Shown: positions 32,214 to 44,401 of the stretch, one piece after another
Layout: every line of letters begins with the position of its first letter
Position numbering within the stretch: position 1 is the first letter of the stretch
Origin: Caecitellus pseudoparvulus
Taxonomy: Eukaryota > Protista > Bigyra: Bicosoecida
Length of the DNA: 64,000 nt
Direction: 5' to 3'
NCBI GenBank assembly: GCA_965644315.1
Contig: CBFFRQ010000040.1
Coordinates: forward strand, 248,001 to 312,000
Position numbers and translations under genes: made by a program
The notes under the pieces: model-generated
What the model saw: the letters and a program-made list of their open reading frames with translations, nothing else
Told to the model about the DNA's origin: nothing
The model's database searches: none

Positions 32214-35200
32214 ATGGCGCACGACTTTGACGAGGCGCTGTTTGACGAAGTGCGTGGGCGAAGCAATGCATGCATTATGTGATTCTGCCCTGTCTGCGGT
32301 GGCACGTGCAAGCGGTGCCAGGCATGGCGTCCCGCACGTGCTGCGTTTCTGCACTGCACATGGCGTTGCTGGTTTGCAGCTCTTTGACCTGCAGCCGAAG
32401 AAGCCAGAGGACACAAAGCAGGCCTGTCCACAAGGCACATACCATGTGGTGAACCCCCCCGCCATTGCTGCTGCACGAGCTTCAGGCAGTTCGAGTCGGG
32501 TGGAAGCCAGGGCTGTGACCCAGCAACCTGCTTGCCAGAGCGCTGGGCTGGACGACGTTTCTGACTCTGCCCTGCTGCGTCTCGCCCGTACAGTAGACGG
32601 GGGGATGAACCACCTTGGCGTTGACATGCAGGAGCGACAGGCATCCCTACCGGGCCGTTCAAGCTTGGGTCAGTATGCTCGCGGGCTAAACGTGTCCGCC
32701 GTCGTGCCTCAAACAGTCAGGTGCGTGTCTGTGCAGCGAGTCGCTCCAAGCGGTGCTGAAAAGCGCAGCATTTGCGCTGCACACCCCATTACCACAGGGC
32801 TGCCTTCGCGTTCGATTCCTTCAACGAAGTGCAGAGCAGGAGCTTCGACGCCGTCTTCAACACGCACGACAACGTGGTTCTTGCAGCCCCCACCTCATCT
32901 GGAAAGACGGCTGTATTGGAGTTGGCCATCCTGCGGAACCTTTTGCTCCACCAAGAGTCTGGGGAGTCAGCCGGACTCAGGGGCAAGGCCGTTTACCTTG
33001 CGCCACTGCGCTCAATCGTGAGTGAGGTTGGTGCCGATTGGACGCGACGATTGGGACGGGTGGGACTCAATGTCACTGTGCTGCTCAGCGATGGGCGATC
33101 CACATCTAGGCAATCTGACATGGAAGCCTTACGGCAAGCTGACGTCGTTTGCACGACGCCAGAGAAGTTCGATGCGATGACGCGCGTTTGGGAGTCCAAC
33201 GCAGCCCTCATGGGCCAGATCGACCTGCTGCTCATTGACGAAGTGCACTTTGTCGGAGAGCAGCGCGGCAGCATCCTAGAAGCAATTGTTGCGCGCTTGA
33301 TGTTGGCAGCTCGTCGGCCCCAGGTCGTCCAAGCTTCCTGGCCTGCCAGGCGCCTGCGCTGCGTCGCGTTGAGTGCGACTCTCCCCAACACCAAGGCACT
33401 TGCAAGGTGGCTAAGAGCGCCGCAAGTGCTTCATTTCGGAGATGAACACAGGCCAGTTCCCTTGCGGGTTGTCGTTCAGGCTTGTGGAACTTGTCGGCCC
33501 GGGAAAGAGTTCCTATTTGAACAGCGCCTCAACTCGCGGTTGCCAGGCCTCATTGACAAGTACAGCGACGGGCGGCCTTGTCTTGTGTTTTGCCCAACAC
33601 GAAAAGGAACCGTGCAGGCGGCTAAAGCACTGGCAGCTTCATTCACGACTGGCACCCGCTCTGGACGAAGTCAGCGACTCAGTGCGGAAAGCCAGCAGGT
33701 GCTCCGCAGCATAGCAGCTCAAGTTGAAGATGCTGCTCTCAAGGAGTGCCTCCTTGGGGGCGCGGGGTTTCACTCAGCTGGCCTCGGGGCTTCTGACCGC
33801 AGTCTTGTTGAGCATGCCTTTCGCAGCGGGCATTTGCCTGCCTTGACTACAACGTCAACGCTGTCCCAAGGCGTCAACCTCCCAGCGCACCTGGTCATCA
33901 TCAAGTCAACCAGCCAGTGGCGAGGGAGCCGAGCAGGGGGATACCAGGAGTACCCCACCAGCAGCATCCTTCAAATGATGGGCCGCGCAGGCAGGCCACA
34001 GTTTGACACGTGTGTGCTTTGCATGCTTCGCCCCATTCATGCGCTTCCACCTGACCATTCCGCGGCGCAGGTACGGAGTCGCTGTCATCCTGACTGTGGA
34101 GCAGCATCGGGAGAAGTATTTGCGTATTGGCAGCGGGAGCCTATCTGCCTCTTCTTCGCTGACTGAGAGCTTGCTGGAGTACTTGAACTCCGAAATTGCC
34201 CTCGTACGTGACAATGGGGTTCTTGCTGCATCGCCGATCCTCACTCCTGCTTTCCCGTCAATATGCAGGGTTTCGTGCAGAGTGAGGCGTCTGCTTTGCA
34301 GTGGATCCAGTTCACATTCTGGTGGTCAACCATAGCTGAGGACCAGGGGGAGACGCAGGCGAATCACCGTGCAAAGGCAGTCATTTCGGCAGCCCTTGAA
34401 CGACTCGCGGCGAAACACTTCGTCGACCGGCAAGGCGGTGCCATGTCTCCTCGGCTGCCGTGCACAGTCGCATCCAGGCATACGCTGTCCATCTCCACTG
34501 TTGAGCACCTCATGCGAGCTTTTGTCCCACACCTTGTACAGGCAGGCAGCCGGGTGGACGCCGCCCCCCCGCTGGACGAAGAGGCGTTCCTGTACATTGT
34601 CTGCGGGTGCCAGGAGTTCAGCAAGGCCATCCGCATGCGCCAAGGGGACAAGAAAGTGCTGAACCTGGCCATGCGCAGCGGCAAAACGCGCTGGCGCAGA
34701 CCACACAACAGGGTGAAAGACCTCTGTGACAAAGTCTTCGTGCTCGTGCAGCTCCTGCAGAGCGGACACAAGCTGGAGCAGCGGGACCTGGCTCTGGACG
34801 CGAAGCTGTGCATGGATGTACTCCACCGTGTCTGCAAGGCGCTCATGCTGATGCTCGCGAGCGACCTCGTGCAGAGCTCCTTGGTGCGTCAAGCTCACAC
34901 TTTGTGCAGGTGCGCTCAGATGGAGCAGTGGCCAGAGGACGCCAGCCCGCTCAAGCAGTGTAGCGGTGTGACCAAGCGGACGCTAGAGAAGCTGAGAGAA
35001 GCAGGGGTGCACAGTTTTCCCCAACTCCTGGAACACTCTGCATCGAGCCTTGCCGCAGCTACCGGGCTGACGACGCAAGCGTGTGCGGGAATCCTGCGCC
35101 CTCTCGGTGACCTGCGTCCTTTGTCGGTGACTGCTGTTGCTCGTAAGCATGACCAAGGCAGGGGTTGGGATGTCGTCGTCCAGCTCCATGGAAAGGTTCC

Positions 35201-35795
35201 TGCGCTTTGTGCAGCAGCAGAATCTACAGCCCCGGCTTGGCAACGGGGGTGGCATCTTTGGCTGTGTTCCGCAACAGGCAGACTTGTGGCCCACGAGCGC
35301 ATTCAGCGCAGTTTCAGTGCAGAGCTGACACTGACAGTGAGCGAGGAGGACGTCATGGATGACCTCTTTGTCTCTCTGCAGCACGTGTGGTTCCTGTCCA
35401 TGGACGAACAGACAGCCGTGTCCATGAGTGCTACTGTAGCAGGTCCGCAGTCCTCGTCCGCGAAGTCTGCGAGTCAAGGCGAGGCGCCTCCTGATCTCTT
35501 CTGTGATCCAAAAAGCTCAGGTGTTCCCCGTCGTAGGGGGGAGAAGCGTCGGCAGACCACCATTTCTGCCTTCACTGAAGGAGTCCAACGGCAGGCTGCG
35601 GTGGTGCCCGCCAAGCACCCGCGGAGGAGCGCTGCAGCACACTCCCCGCCGCAAAGCCCGCGACGTAATCATCCTCCTGGGCAAGGAGGTGCTACTTGCG
35701 CACCAGATATCGCCATGGGGCTCCAGCAGTACTCCTACCGAGCTTCCGCGCCAGCGCCGACAGCGCTGGACGTGTGGGATGACCTGCTTCACTGA
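32214..35795 (+). CDS. MER3: MER3/HFM1 meiotic Ski2-like DNA helicase with Sec63 region, about 5 exons
   Basis: FNEVQS, APTSSGKTAVLELAI, TTPEKFD, DEVH, SATLPN, FGDEHRPVPL, EFLFEQRLN..IDKYSDGRPCLVFCPTRK, TSTLSQGVNLPAHLVIIKST, QMMGRAGRPQFDT, LLEYLNSEI. A single helicase cassette with MER3-type motifs. Confidence 0.88.
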
Positions 35796-35814
35796 GGCCT
35801 CAACGGGGCGCACC

Positions 35815-38800
35815 CTACACGACCACGGGGACGGACCAATCCGACTTGGCATCATCCATGCAGTATGTACAATGGTCCGCACTGAGTCTGCCGTTGCCGT
35901 CCCATGGGATGGCGCTGTAGTTGCCCCACGCCGAGCAGGTGGGTGGCAGTACAATGCAGATAGGCAATGCGAGAGGCTGCCTTTGAGCGTCAGGCTGTTC
36001 TTGAACTGGGGGGAGCTTTGAAAGATAAGCGCCGGCGAGTGAAAGCTGGCGGAGCTCAGACTCGTCCTTCGTCGCAGTGCAGCCCCCAGAATTCAAGGTG
36101 AGTGAGGCCGCATCAGCAGCAAGGCGCAGGATTCGGTCACGGCAAGCATGTGCTGCTGAGGCCGACGAAAGCTCAGAGACCACAGACAGATATCGAAGAA
36201 GTTGTTCATCAGGTTGATGCTTCCATGATGCTGCACTGAAGATGCTCGCATCATGCGGCGCTGGTCTGAGCTCTTTCAGGCCGCGCGAAACCATCCAGGC
36301 AGTGGGTCCCATGAACGGCATGCCAGCCACCCACAGTCGAGAGGGCAGCGCGGAAAAGGCATCATGGGTTGGATCAGGCATGATGCGAAGCGTAGTGGGG
36401 GTTGGTGCAGGCTGAGGCCAGTCCAAGGTCAATGGTGTGTGAGCGGGCCAGGGTGCGGTCAGCGGCCAGGTGGTGCTGTGACACAGGGCTGGCTTTGAGT
36501 GGTGGCGGTGCCCACTCGGAAGGCGCTGAAGGTCACAGACGCTCACATCACTATGGTGAGAAGAGGCGCTTCTCCGCACAGCTAGCACCGTCAGTGGAGT
36601 GAGCACCGGTGCCCCCGCCACCCACACTGCGTACTTGGCAACCCAGCTGGCAGTTCTCACACACTCCTTTGCTGTCCAATGCTTGCCACACGCCTGCTCC
36701 AAACGAAGCTCTGTGTCACTCCTCATGCCCACATCGGCCGAGTCTGGGCCTTCAAGGCTTTGGATGGTGGCAAGCAGTGTGAGTGCTTCGTTTGCGCAGA
36801 GGTGCAGAGGGAGCCCTGGTTTGAGGGAGAAGGACTCAAGGCACTTGATGACCTGTGTGAGCCCAGTTCGCATTGCAGCTGGTGTCCGTGCACTGGATGC
36901 AGTAGCTGTGCGTGCCCAGTGCATGACACGTTCTGTGCGGCTGCGAGCAGCAGAAGAGCTCCATTCCGAGTCGACTACAGTTGGGCTGTGCTGCGATAGC
37001 AACAGGCCAAGGGCTTCGGTGGCGCTGAAGATGGGGATGCTGCCAGTTTCCCCCGGGTGCAGTCTTTCAGGCAGACTGTTGGGTGGTTGCTTGCTCTCCA
37101 AGCCGGTCTGTGCGCACAAGAAGCGCTCCTTCAGGTTGTCATGCCGTGCGTTTGCTCGTCGGGGCAGGAGTTCCAGCCCCACGCCGCCGACAAATCGAGG
37201 GAGGAGCCTCCAATCGTGCGATTCAAGGCAGAAGTCAACAAAGTGTGACAGCACATGCGCAGCTCCGGCTAAGATCCCGTGGAGTTGCGGAGCGGCTTCG
37301 CTAAATGTGTGCAGAGCATGCCGCAGTCGCTTTCGCTTGGCCATCCTGAACTGCACGCTGACGATGCGCGAGTACACATCACGTGGACATGGCGGCAAAG
37401 GAGCAACCTGGCAACGTTGCAAGGCTTGCATGGCCTTTTCGTCTTGCTGCTCTGATGTTCCGAGGCGAGCTACAGAAGCCGTCAAGCTGCTTGCCAGGGC
37501 AGTGGCCCCAGGTCGACTGAGGAGGCTAGGCAAGGCAGAGTAGGTCAAGTTGGGGTATGCTGCTGCCAGGCACAGCATGGCTGTATGATGCAGCGGCCAT
37601 GAATGTTGGATGGACACCTGGCCTTGCAGAACGGCTGCTAAATGCTTTGTGTGTGGGCCGGGAGCGGCAGTGAGCAGCGTCCGCATGGCGTTGACCTGGT
37701 GCTGCACAGCCTGCGCACAGTGAACCAGTTCCTCACCAGTCATGGCACTGATGGACACTGCAAGAGCTGCGGGCAGTGGTAGGCGTGATTCAACTCCAAT
37801 GCAGAACTTCTTGGGCGCTTTGCTGAGGGAGAAGAGTCCCGACAGCTGCGACAGAACTCGGGACATGTTTGGCTTGCTTGGGTGCTGCTCTGTGGAGGAG
37901 AACGTTCCCGGTACCAACGTGTTTTCGCAGAGAAAGTGAGACATTTCCACGGGCGGGCTCTCGCCGTTCTTCACCAGGAAGTGCAGGGGTCTGGAGGCTT
38001 GACGAGGTCGTGTGATGGGGTCGCCCGCTGCGAGCGGCAGCCCAGCTCGGAGCACGAGCTCTTCTTTTGGCACCACTAAGGAGCCCCCACTGGGGCTAAG
38101 ATCATTGGCATGCTCAATCTGACCCTGCCGCGTGTACTCCAGGGTGTGCACCGTCCAGTCCCGGCCGAGGACACGGTGCACACCTCGCACTCGCGGTGGC
38201 AGGTCGTCCAGGAATGGAACGAGGACGTCTCCTCCTCGTGTCTGCAAGGCCGCACGCTCAACAAAGGAATACACACGAGTGAATGCCTCGAAAGACTGGA
38301 CTTCCACGGCTGCCTCGGGGTCCACATCGGCTGAGTCCATGAGGCGCAGGAGGATGCTGTGCAGCTTGCGGTGCAGCTTTCGAAGGACGTGGTTCCTGGC
38401 CACGAAGGCCGCTTGGGCATCGCTATCATGCAAGTATGCTGCTTCAAAATCGCTCCCTGAGTACCGGTGTCCCAGTGGAAGGCACGCCATGTACGTGCTC
38501 CATGGGCTGGCGTCAAGCAGCGCGAGCTGGTGCAAGATAAACACAGTGATGAGCTGCTTGTCAGAGCTCAGCCGCTGCACAGCAGACCTCTGGTGCTGGT
38601 CGTAGAGCTCCATGATACTTTCCCGCCAGCTGCACGAAGAAAAGGGGTGATGGGTGCCTTGCAGCGCCCCGCAAGCTTGAGCAAAGCTGGTGTGGTTGCT
38701 GCTCACATTGCTGCGCTCAAATTCACTCGCAGCAGTTCTCCGCCCACTGGCACATCAGCAGCAGCCTTTAGGAAACCTGATCAAGACAAGGGAGAAGCTA

Positions 38801-39065
38801 AGTGAGAGAGGTGCCCTCTTGGCCCAGCATGTGGGGACGGGTCTTTGCAAGAAGGGCTCGGCGCACCGTTTCGCTTGCCCTGCAGAGATACGTCAATTTC
38901 CGCAGCTGTCAGATCCAAGCCTCCAGCACGGCGCATCCACTCCTGCAGTCGCGCAGCACAATCCAAAGATCGGTGGACGCGCGCACGCAATGACGGCACC
39001 ATAGTTAGCAGGAGAATCAGTGGGAGCCCCAGCCACACCAGGCTGGGCCAGGTCAGCCGTCGCAT
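35815..39065 (-). CDS. Rubisco-LSMT/SETD3-like SET-domain protein, degenerate, with N-terminal hydrophobic leader
   Basis: Exon 1 MRRLTWPSLVWLGLPLILLLTMV..RLQEWMRRAGG, exon 2 GFLKAAADVPVGGELLRVNLSAA, then LITVFILHQ..SPWSTYMACLP, FEAFTRVYSFVERAA, VLVPFLD and LGTSEQQD. Confidence 0.7.
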
Positions 39066-39229
39066 GGTTGTCTGGGCCTTGCTGCAGCCTGCTTGCGGAA
39101 ATCGAGAGCAACCACGCCGCAGCGAGCGTGGTTCAGGGCTGCGTTGCCTTACAGCTGAGGGGCTGCACTGTTGCAGGGATCGCTACTTGCATAGTAGCGC
39201 ACGGCACTTTGTGCTTCACGGAAGTGGCC

Positions 39230-39754
39230 ATGCGCGTTGGGCGGGGTACTTTTGCAGGGTGGTGGGGGTTCGCAGCCGCGCTGGCGCTGGTCACCTGCGC
39301 TAGGAGGCAGTCGCTGGTCGCCGCAAGTGAAGCTGCATCGCAGTGTGTGGAACTCGAAGAAGCCGCAGCTCACATGGATTTCTGTGCGCCTCACGTGTCA
39401 TGGGACACGTCTTCGGCTGCCAACAGCAGTGCGCTGGATTTGGACGATGCCGCCGCATCTGCGTACCAGGCTGCTGCGTACATGTGGGGGAACTCCAGCC
39501 TCAGTGCCGAGTGCCTGTCATTTGTTCCCATATACCAGTGTGCTGTGGCATTTCCAGCATGCAAGGGCACCCAGGTGGGGGGTGTGTGCCACTTTGTGTG
39601 CAAGGAGTTCACTCGTCGCTGCCAGGGCTTCCTTGGGCCGGAGGAGTGCACAGACCCGGGCCCGGTGTGCTCTGCAGGGGGAGCGGCCAACCCCCACTGG
39701 CCCGTCTGGGTGATGCTTGGGCTGCTGGTGTCTGCCCGGTCGCTGGTATCCTGA
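39230..39754 (+). CDS. Small secreted, probably GPI-anchored Frizzled-type cysteine-rich-domain protein
   Basis: Signal peptide; 10 Cys in the mature part, including ECLSFVPIYQCAVAFPAC...VCHFVCKEFTRRC (Fz-CRD spacing); small-residue site SAGG followed by a hydrophobic C-terminus. Confidence 0.8.
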   Translation: MRVGRGTFAGWWGFAAALALVTCARRQSLVAASEAASQCVELEEAAAHMDFCAPHVSWDTSSAANSSALDLDDAAASAYQAAAYMWGNSSLSAECLSFVPIYQCAVAFPACKGTQVGGVCHFVCKEFTRRCQGFLGPEECTDPGPVCSAGGAANPHWPVWVMLGLLVSARSLVS

Positions 39755-42700
39755 TCATCGGCGCTTCTTGCTGCCTGACCGCGAAGACTTCTTGCTCTTG
39801 GAGGTTTTGCTGGACTTGGAGGACTTGTTTGTTCCGCCCGTCCGCGCGGAGCTCTTGCTGCGACTGCTTGCTCGTGTTTTCTTGGAGCCCCGTGTCGCCA
39901 CGGAGGCAGTGTCGCCGCCTGCCGTTGCGGAGCCGGAAGCCCTGCTGCTCGCACTCTTTGCCCGCTTCGGAGTGCTGCTGCGGCGGGACGACTTGCTGTC
40001 CTTCTCAGAGGCGGGTGCTTTCTTCTTCTTTGACTTTTTGGTTTTCTCGTTGACTTTATCAGAGAAGTTGGCGATGTCTCCCTTCGCAATGCCCCGCATC
40101 TTCCGCTCCATGCGCTTGCGGGCATGCTTCCGCATGAGGCGAAGCTTCTTGCGGCGGCGGTAGTATACAGTCCAGGCCCCGAGCAGGATGAGCAATGCTG
40201 CTGCACCCATTATAACCCACAGCCACGGAAACTCTGGCACATGCTCCCACGTGTGAATGTGCTGCTTCGCCTTCAGCTCCATGTCCCGATTCCCGGCGGC
40301 GTCCACTGACCGCACTTCAAAGCGCCAGTACCCGGCCGTGAGGGCATCGGCCAGGTCAAGGGGAGGGGTGCGCCACGTCCAGTCGCGAACCAGGGTGGCG
40401 TCCTCGGTGCCTGACTCCTTCGTTGGCTTCCTGGGCAGTTTCCACAGGCGGTACTGTGATCGACTGGCTGCCTCGCTCACTGTCCAGTCCACTATGCTTT
40501 GGTATGTACCAGAAGTCGGCGTGCTCTGTAGAGTGGTGACGGGCGGTGTTTCATCGCGAAACCACACATCAGAGCGACCTCCCCGGTCAGACAGGCTGTA
40601 CCCCGAGCCGAAGATGAGTTTATCGCGGAGTTTCCCGACGAATGGCGAGTGTCGCTCGTGCGTTGCTGTTCGGCAAACTACGTCTGTGCTGTCGGGGGGG
40701 ATGCTGATGTCAGCGCCCGCACAAGGGTCAGTTGTTTCATCTCTTCCAGTCTCGCTCGTCGAAATGGCATCGCGCACGTCCCTCGCGTTGTTCAGGCCTT
40801 CTTCAATTACGAGATACCGCATGATCTCGCCATCGTACGGCCGCAGTGTCACTTCGCACGATTTGAGGGCCTGTCGCGCCCATGCCTTCAAACTGCAGAG
40901 CTGAGGAACGTAGCTCTGGTCCATGAGTGGGTCAGACAGGGCAGCAAGGGTTTCACTCGTCAGTTCAAGCACGTCTGAGATGGTGTTGAGCCCGGCAGAG
41001 GTAAGTGCCGCCCGCTGAGTTGCCGACAAGTTGAAGACCGCAACTGGGGTCGTGGAGGTCAGCGGCGTGTCCTCATCAATGTACGCATCTGCAACCGTTC
41101 CTGTCGCAAACTTTGGGCTCCAGCCTTTCGTTGGGGCTGCAATGTCAAACTGCCACACATCATCCAGCGACACGAAGCGGTCCCCAAGCAGCGTCTCCCC
41201 AGGGCGGGGGTCCACAAATGGGGAAGGCGAGGGTTGCTGCCGAATGGTCAGCTTGGGCGCCTTGGCTTCAGCTCTGTCAACCAGGGCAGGTCCGACGACT
41301 GGCGACGGAGACGGGATTGGCGGCAGCATAGCTTGCCCCCCCACGATAAAGAGCTGGTTGCCGTGGGAAGCAAAGCCCATGTTCATGCGAGGCCCCCACA
41401 GAGCGTCCGATTGATTCTTCTCCCAAAGTTCGCCATCAGCGCTGAACCACACGTCATTCAGCACAGCGTTGCTCGCGTATACGTCAGAGTCACCAGTCAA
41501 GCCTCCCATGATGTACACCGTGCCACTCACCGTGAACGTTGCAAAGGAGCGGCGAGGCTTCCATCGTGATGAGGACCGCACTTGTATCCACGTCGTCCCA
41601 CCATCGGGGCTGCTCCACACATCGTTCAAATACTTTCTGAAGCCTCCACCGCAAGCAAACTTGCCGCATCGCTGCTTCGTGACGTACGTCGATCCACCAA
41701 TGACGAAGAGAGAGCCGTCGAAAGATGCAACCCCCATGCCTTCACGAGGTGCCCAGATATTGCACACACAAGCCTGGCTCTCACAGCGCGTGTTTCCATA
41801 TCGTCGTTGCTCGCAACCGGCCGTGGTGCGGCATTGTTGGTCCTGCCTGCCTGGTGCATCCAGGAGGTCGCTCTGCGTGACCCAGCATCCAGGGTTGACG
41901 AGCTCCCACTCAGCACCATCTGCAGAAGCCCAAACATCGCTCATGAGGTGTGTTGACTCTCGCTGGCCGTCATCCTGCCCGCTGATGCCGCCAACAAGCT
42001 CCGTGCCTGCGTTCATGCTTTCGAACGACCTCGCCCGGCCACCCAGCACGAAGAGCCGGCCATCGTGCACAACTACACCATGGTCCCGTCGAGGTGCGAA
42101 TCGACGAGTTCCTTCAAAGGGATCCACCGGCACGCAGCTCACATCCTCGCATTCCCAGTTGGCGGTGGACAGGCAGCACAGGTACTCCCGGTAGTCCATG
42201 CCTGCTGGCGGTTCTCTCTGCGGCCCAGCAAGCTGCCACTGCGCCGTTGACACAATGACAGGTAGCTTGGACATGTACTCTGTGCGCTCATTGATCTTTG
42301 TCACCCCGCGCACTCCTGTGATGCTGGCGACGCCAGTGGTGTGGGCAGCTGGTCAGCGGAGCACAGAGGCCTGGCACTCCCTCACCTGCAGATTGAAGGA
42401 ACCAAACATCGTTCCGAAAACCCCCTGAGCCTGAATCAAAGTTGTAGTCATCCCCTCCGATGACGAAAAACTTTACACGTTGGGACTCGGGGATGAGGTC
42501 GCCTGAAGCTGTGAAGTTCTTCATCATCACGGCGTACCCTGCACCAAAGCGTGGTGACATCTCCGTGTGAAGTGGGGTCACCTCGTCTTGCTCAGGAGGG
42601 CCATTGATTTGCACCCAGTTATCTGCGGTTTCATTGGGGGCGCGTGGTTTGGGCAACACTTGGGTGCTGCGTTTCTTGCGCGTTTCCATCGTACAAGCAG

Positions 42701-42776
42701 CAGCCAAGTCAGCGAGCACAAGGAAGGTGCAGGCCGTGGCATACATCCATGCCTGATTCCCACGTCTTGAGCGCAT
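39755..42776 (-). CDS. Type I membrane protein with extracellular Kelch-like repeats and Lys/Ser/Arg-rich tail, 2 exons
   Basis: Signal peptide; repeats PRFG..FFVIGG..NDVW, PRRDHGVVVHDGRLFVLGG..SDVW, PREGMGVASFDGSLFVIGG..NDVW, PRRSF..VYIMGG..NDVW, PRMNMG..LFIVGG..DDVW; Ig-like FEVRSVDAAGN; TM WLWVIMGAAALLILLGAWTVYY. Intron donor at about 42385. Confidence 0.85.
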
Positions 42777-43145
42777 CTTGACTGCTTGTGTCTCTGATTC
42801 TTCCAGCGGTTTGTCAGTGTGTTGGTGCGCTGCCCTGGTCTGAACTAAGGGAGCTGGCGAGAAGCAGAGTAGACCTGGCTTTGTGCATGGCTGACCACCC
42901 CATTGGCGTCGTGGGCACAGAAACTTTACTAGGTGAACGAGAGGCTGGGGTGTCTCTTTTGAGTATACCATGATTCTTCCCTTGTACATTGAGCTCCTTC
43001 AGATTAGGTGACCCCCCACGACTTCAGTGCTACCACTTGGGCAAACCTGCAAGGGCGAAGATCTCAGTCACTGGGTCGATCATCGAAGCTGTGCATGTTC
43101 GCCTCTCTCTGTCTGCTCCGGTCTTTTGTTCCTTCTTTGGGTGCC

Positions 43146-44373
43146 ATGAGTTATTCCTTCCGCGCAAGTGCCAGCTTTCGCTGCCATGCCCGCTGTCAAC
43201 GACACCTCCCTCGTTGGCTCACCCTTCACAGGGAGTTGGCGTGGAGCAAGACCACCGCTACTCGAACAAGCAGCTCAAGCTGCAGCGGGGCATCAAGGCG
43301 CCTGCAGTGTACAAGATCAAGGTATGGCGCCTGGTGCGGAATTTGCAACGGCCCTGACACTTTGCTCGCCTCGCTCACCCCAGGTGGACACACGCAAAGT
43401 GCACAAAGGCGTGATTGGCAAGTGGGTGGCTGAACGCCTTACTGGTATGCTTGGCTTCGAAGATGAAGTCGTGATTGGCTTGGTGAACAACACGCTGGAC
43501 AGCGACACCAACCCCAATCCCCGTGAGCTGCAGGTGAACTTGACTGGCTTCCTTGAGAAGAAGGCGCAAGAGTTCGTCACTGAGCTCTGGGAGCTCCTCA
43601 CCACGGCCCAAGAGACTCCCAGTGGCATCCCTGCCAAGCTTCTCGAACAGCGCAAGGCCGCCATCTCGGCACGCCAAGCTGCTGACTCTGCATCCATCAC
43701 CGCAGCCGCGGCTGGCGCCATGTCACAAGGCCCTGGTGCAGTAGCGGCCGCGTTGCAACGCCATGCAGCAACCGCTCAACAAGGTCCTGGCACGCACTCC
43801 GCAGATGCACGCCGGAGCCGGCATCACCAAGTCGCCGGAGGGGGTCCGCGCGACACTGTGGGACGGCAAGGTGTTGACGATGGGTGTGCCTCACGCCCAC
43901 CGCGGCGCTGGGAGGAGCAGCACAGATGGCAAGGCCGGGGCAGAGGGTTCGAAAGGAGAGGACGTTCGCCACCTCGGCACCGTGATCGCTCCCCACCCCG
44001 GCACCGTGATCGCTCGCCACCCCGGCACCGTGATCGCTCGCCACCTCGGCACCGTGATCGCTCGCCACCTCGGCACCGTGATCGCTCGCCACCCCGGCAC
44101 CGTGATCGCTCGCCACCCCGGCACCGTGATCGCTCGCCACCCCGGCACCGTGATCGCTCGCCACCTCGGCACCGTGATCGCTCGCCACCCCGGCACCGTG
44201 ATCGCTCGCCCCAAGCACACGTTGACGAGTTTGGGCGTGCATTGCCACAGGCAGCAAGGAGGTCAGTGTCCCCCGCAGCTGCAGCCGCTGGAAGTGGGGG
44301 CGGGGACGAAAGTGTGTCGCGGCTAGACGAGCTGCGCCAAGAGCTGCGCCAGCGGCAAGGCGCGAAACGCTAG
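43146..44373 (+). CDS. SRRM1: PWI-domain SR-related splicing factor (SRRM1/SRm160-like), 3 exons
   Basis: MSYSFR|GVGVEQDHRYSNKQLKL..K|VDTRKV..IGKWVAERLTGMLGFEDEVVI..PNPRELQVNLTGFLEKKAQEFVTELWELL..AQ..SGIP, followed by RS-type repeats. Confidence 0.9.
43975..44214 (+). repeat. Coding tandem repeat, 24-bp unit x10 (RHRDRSPP)
   Basis: cggcaccgtgatcgctcgccacc(c/t) repeated every 24 bp with no spacers. Confidence 0.97.
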
Positions 44374-44401
44374 AGTGTGCATTGCAGATTGACACGCAGC
44401 T

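Noticed and set aside
38770-38800. aacctgatc..ggga resembling a TPP riboswitch core
   Set aside because: It lacks the remaining conserved elements and is simply the antisense of a splice acceptor.
43975-44214. Regular short repeats resembling a CRISPR array
   Set aside because: No spacers, in-frame within a eukaryotic CDS, and no cas genes.
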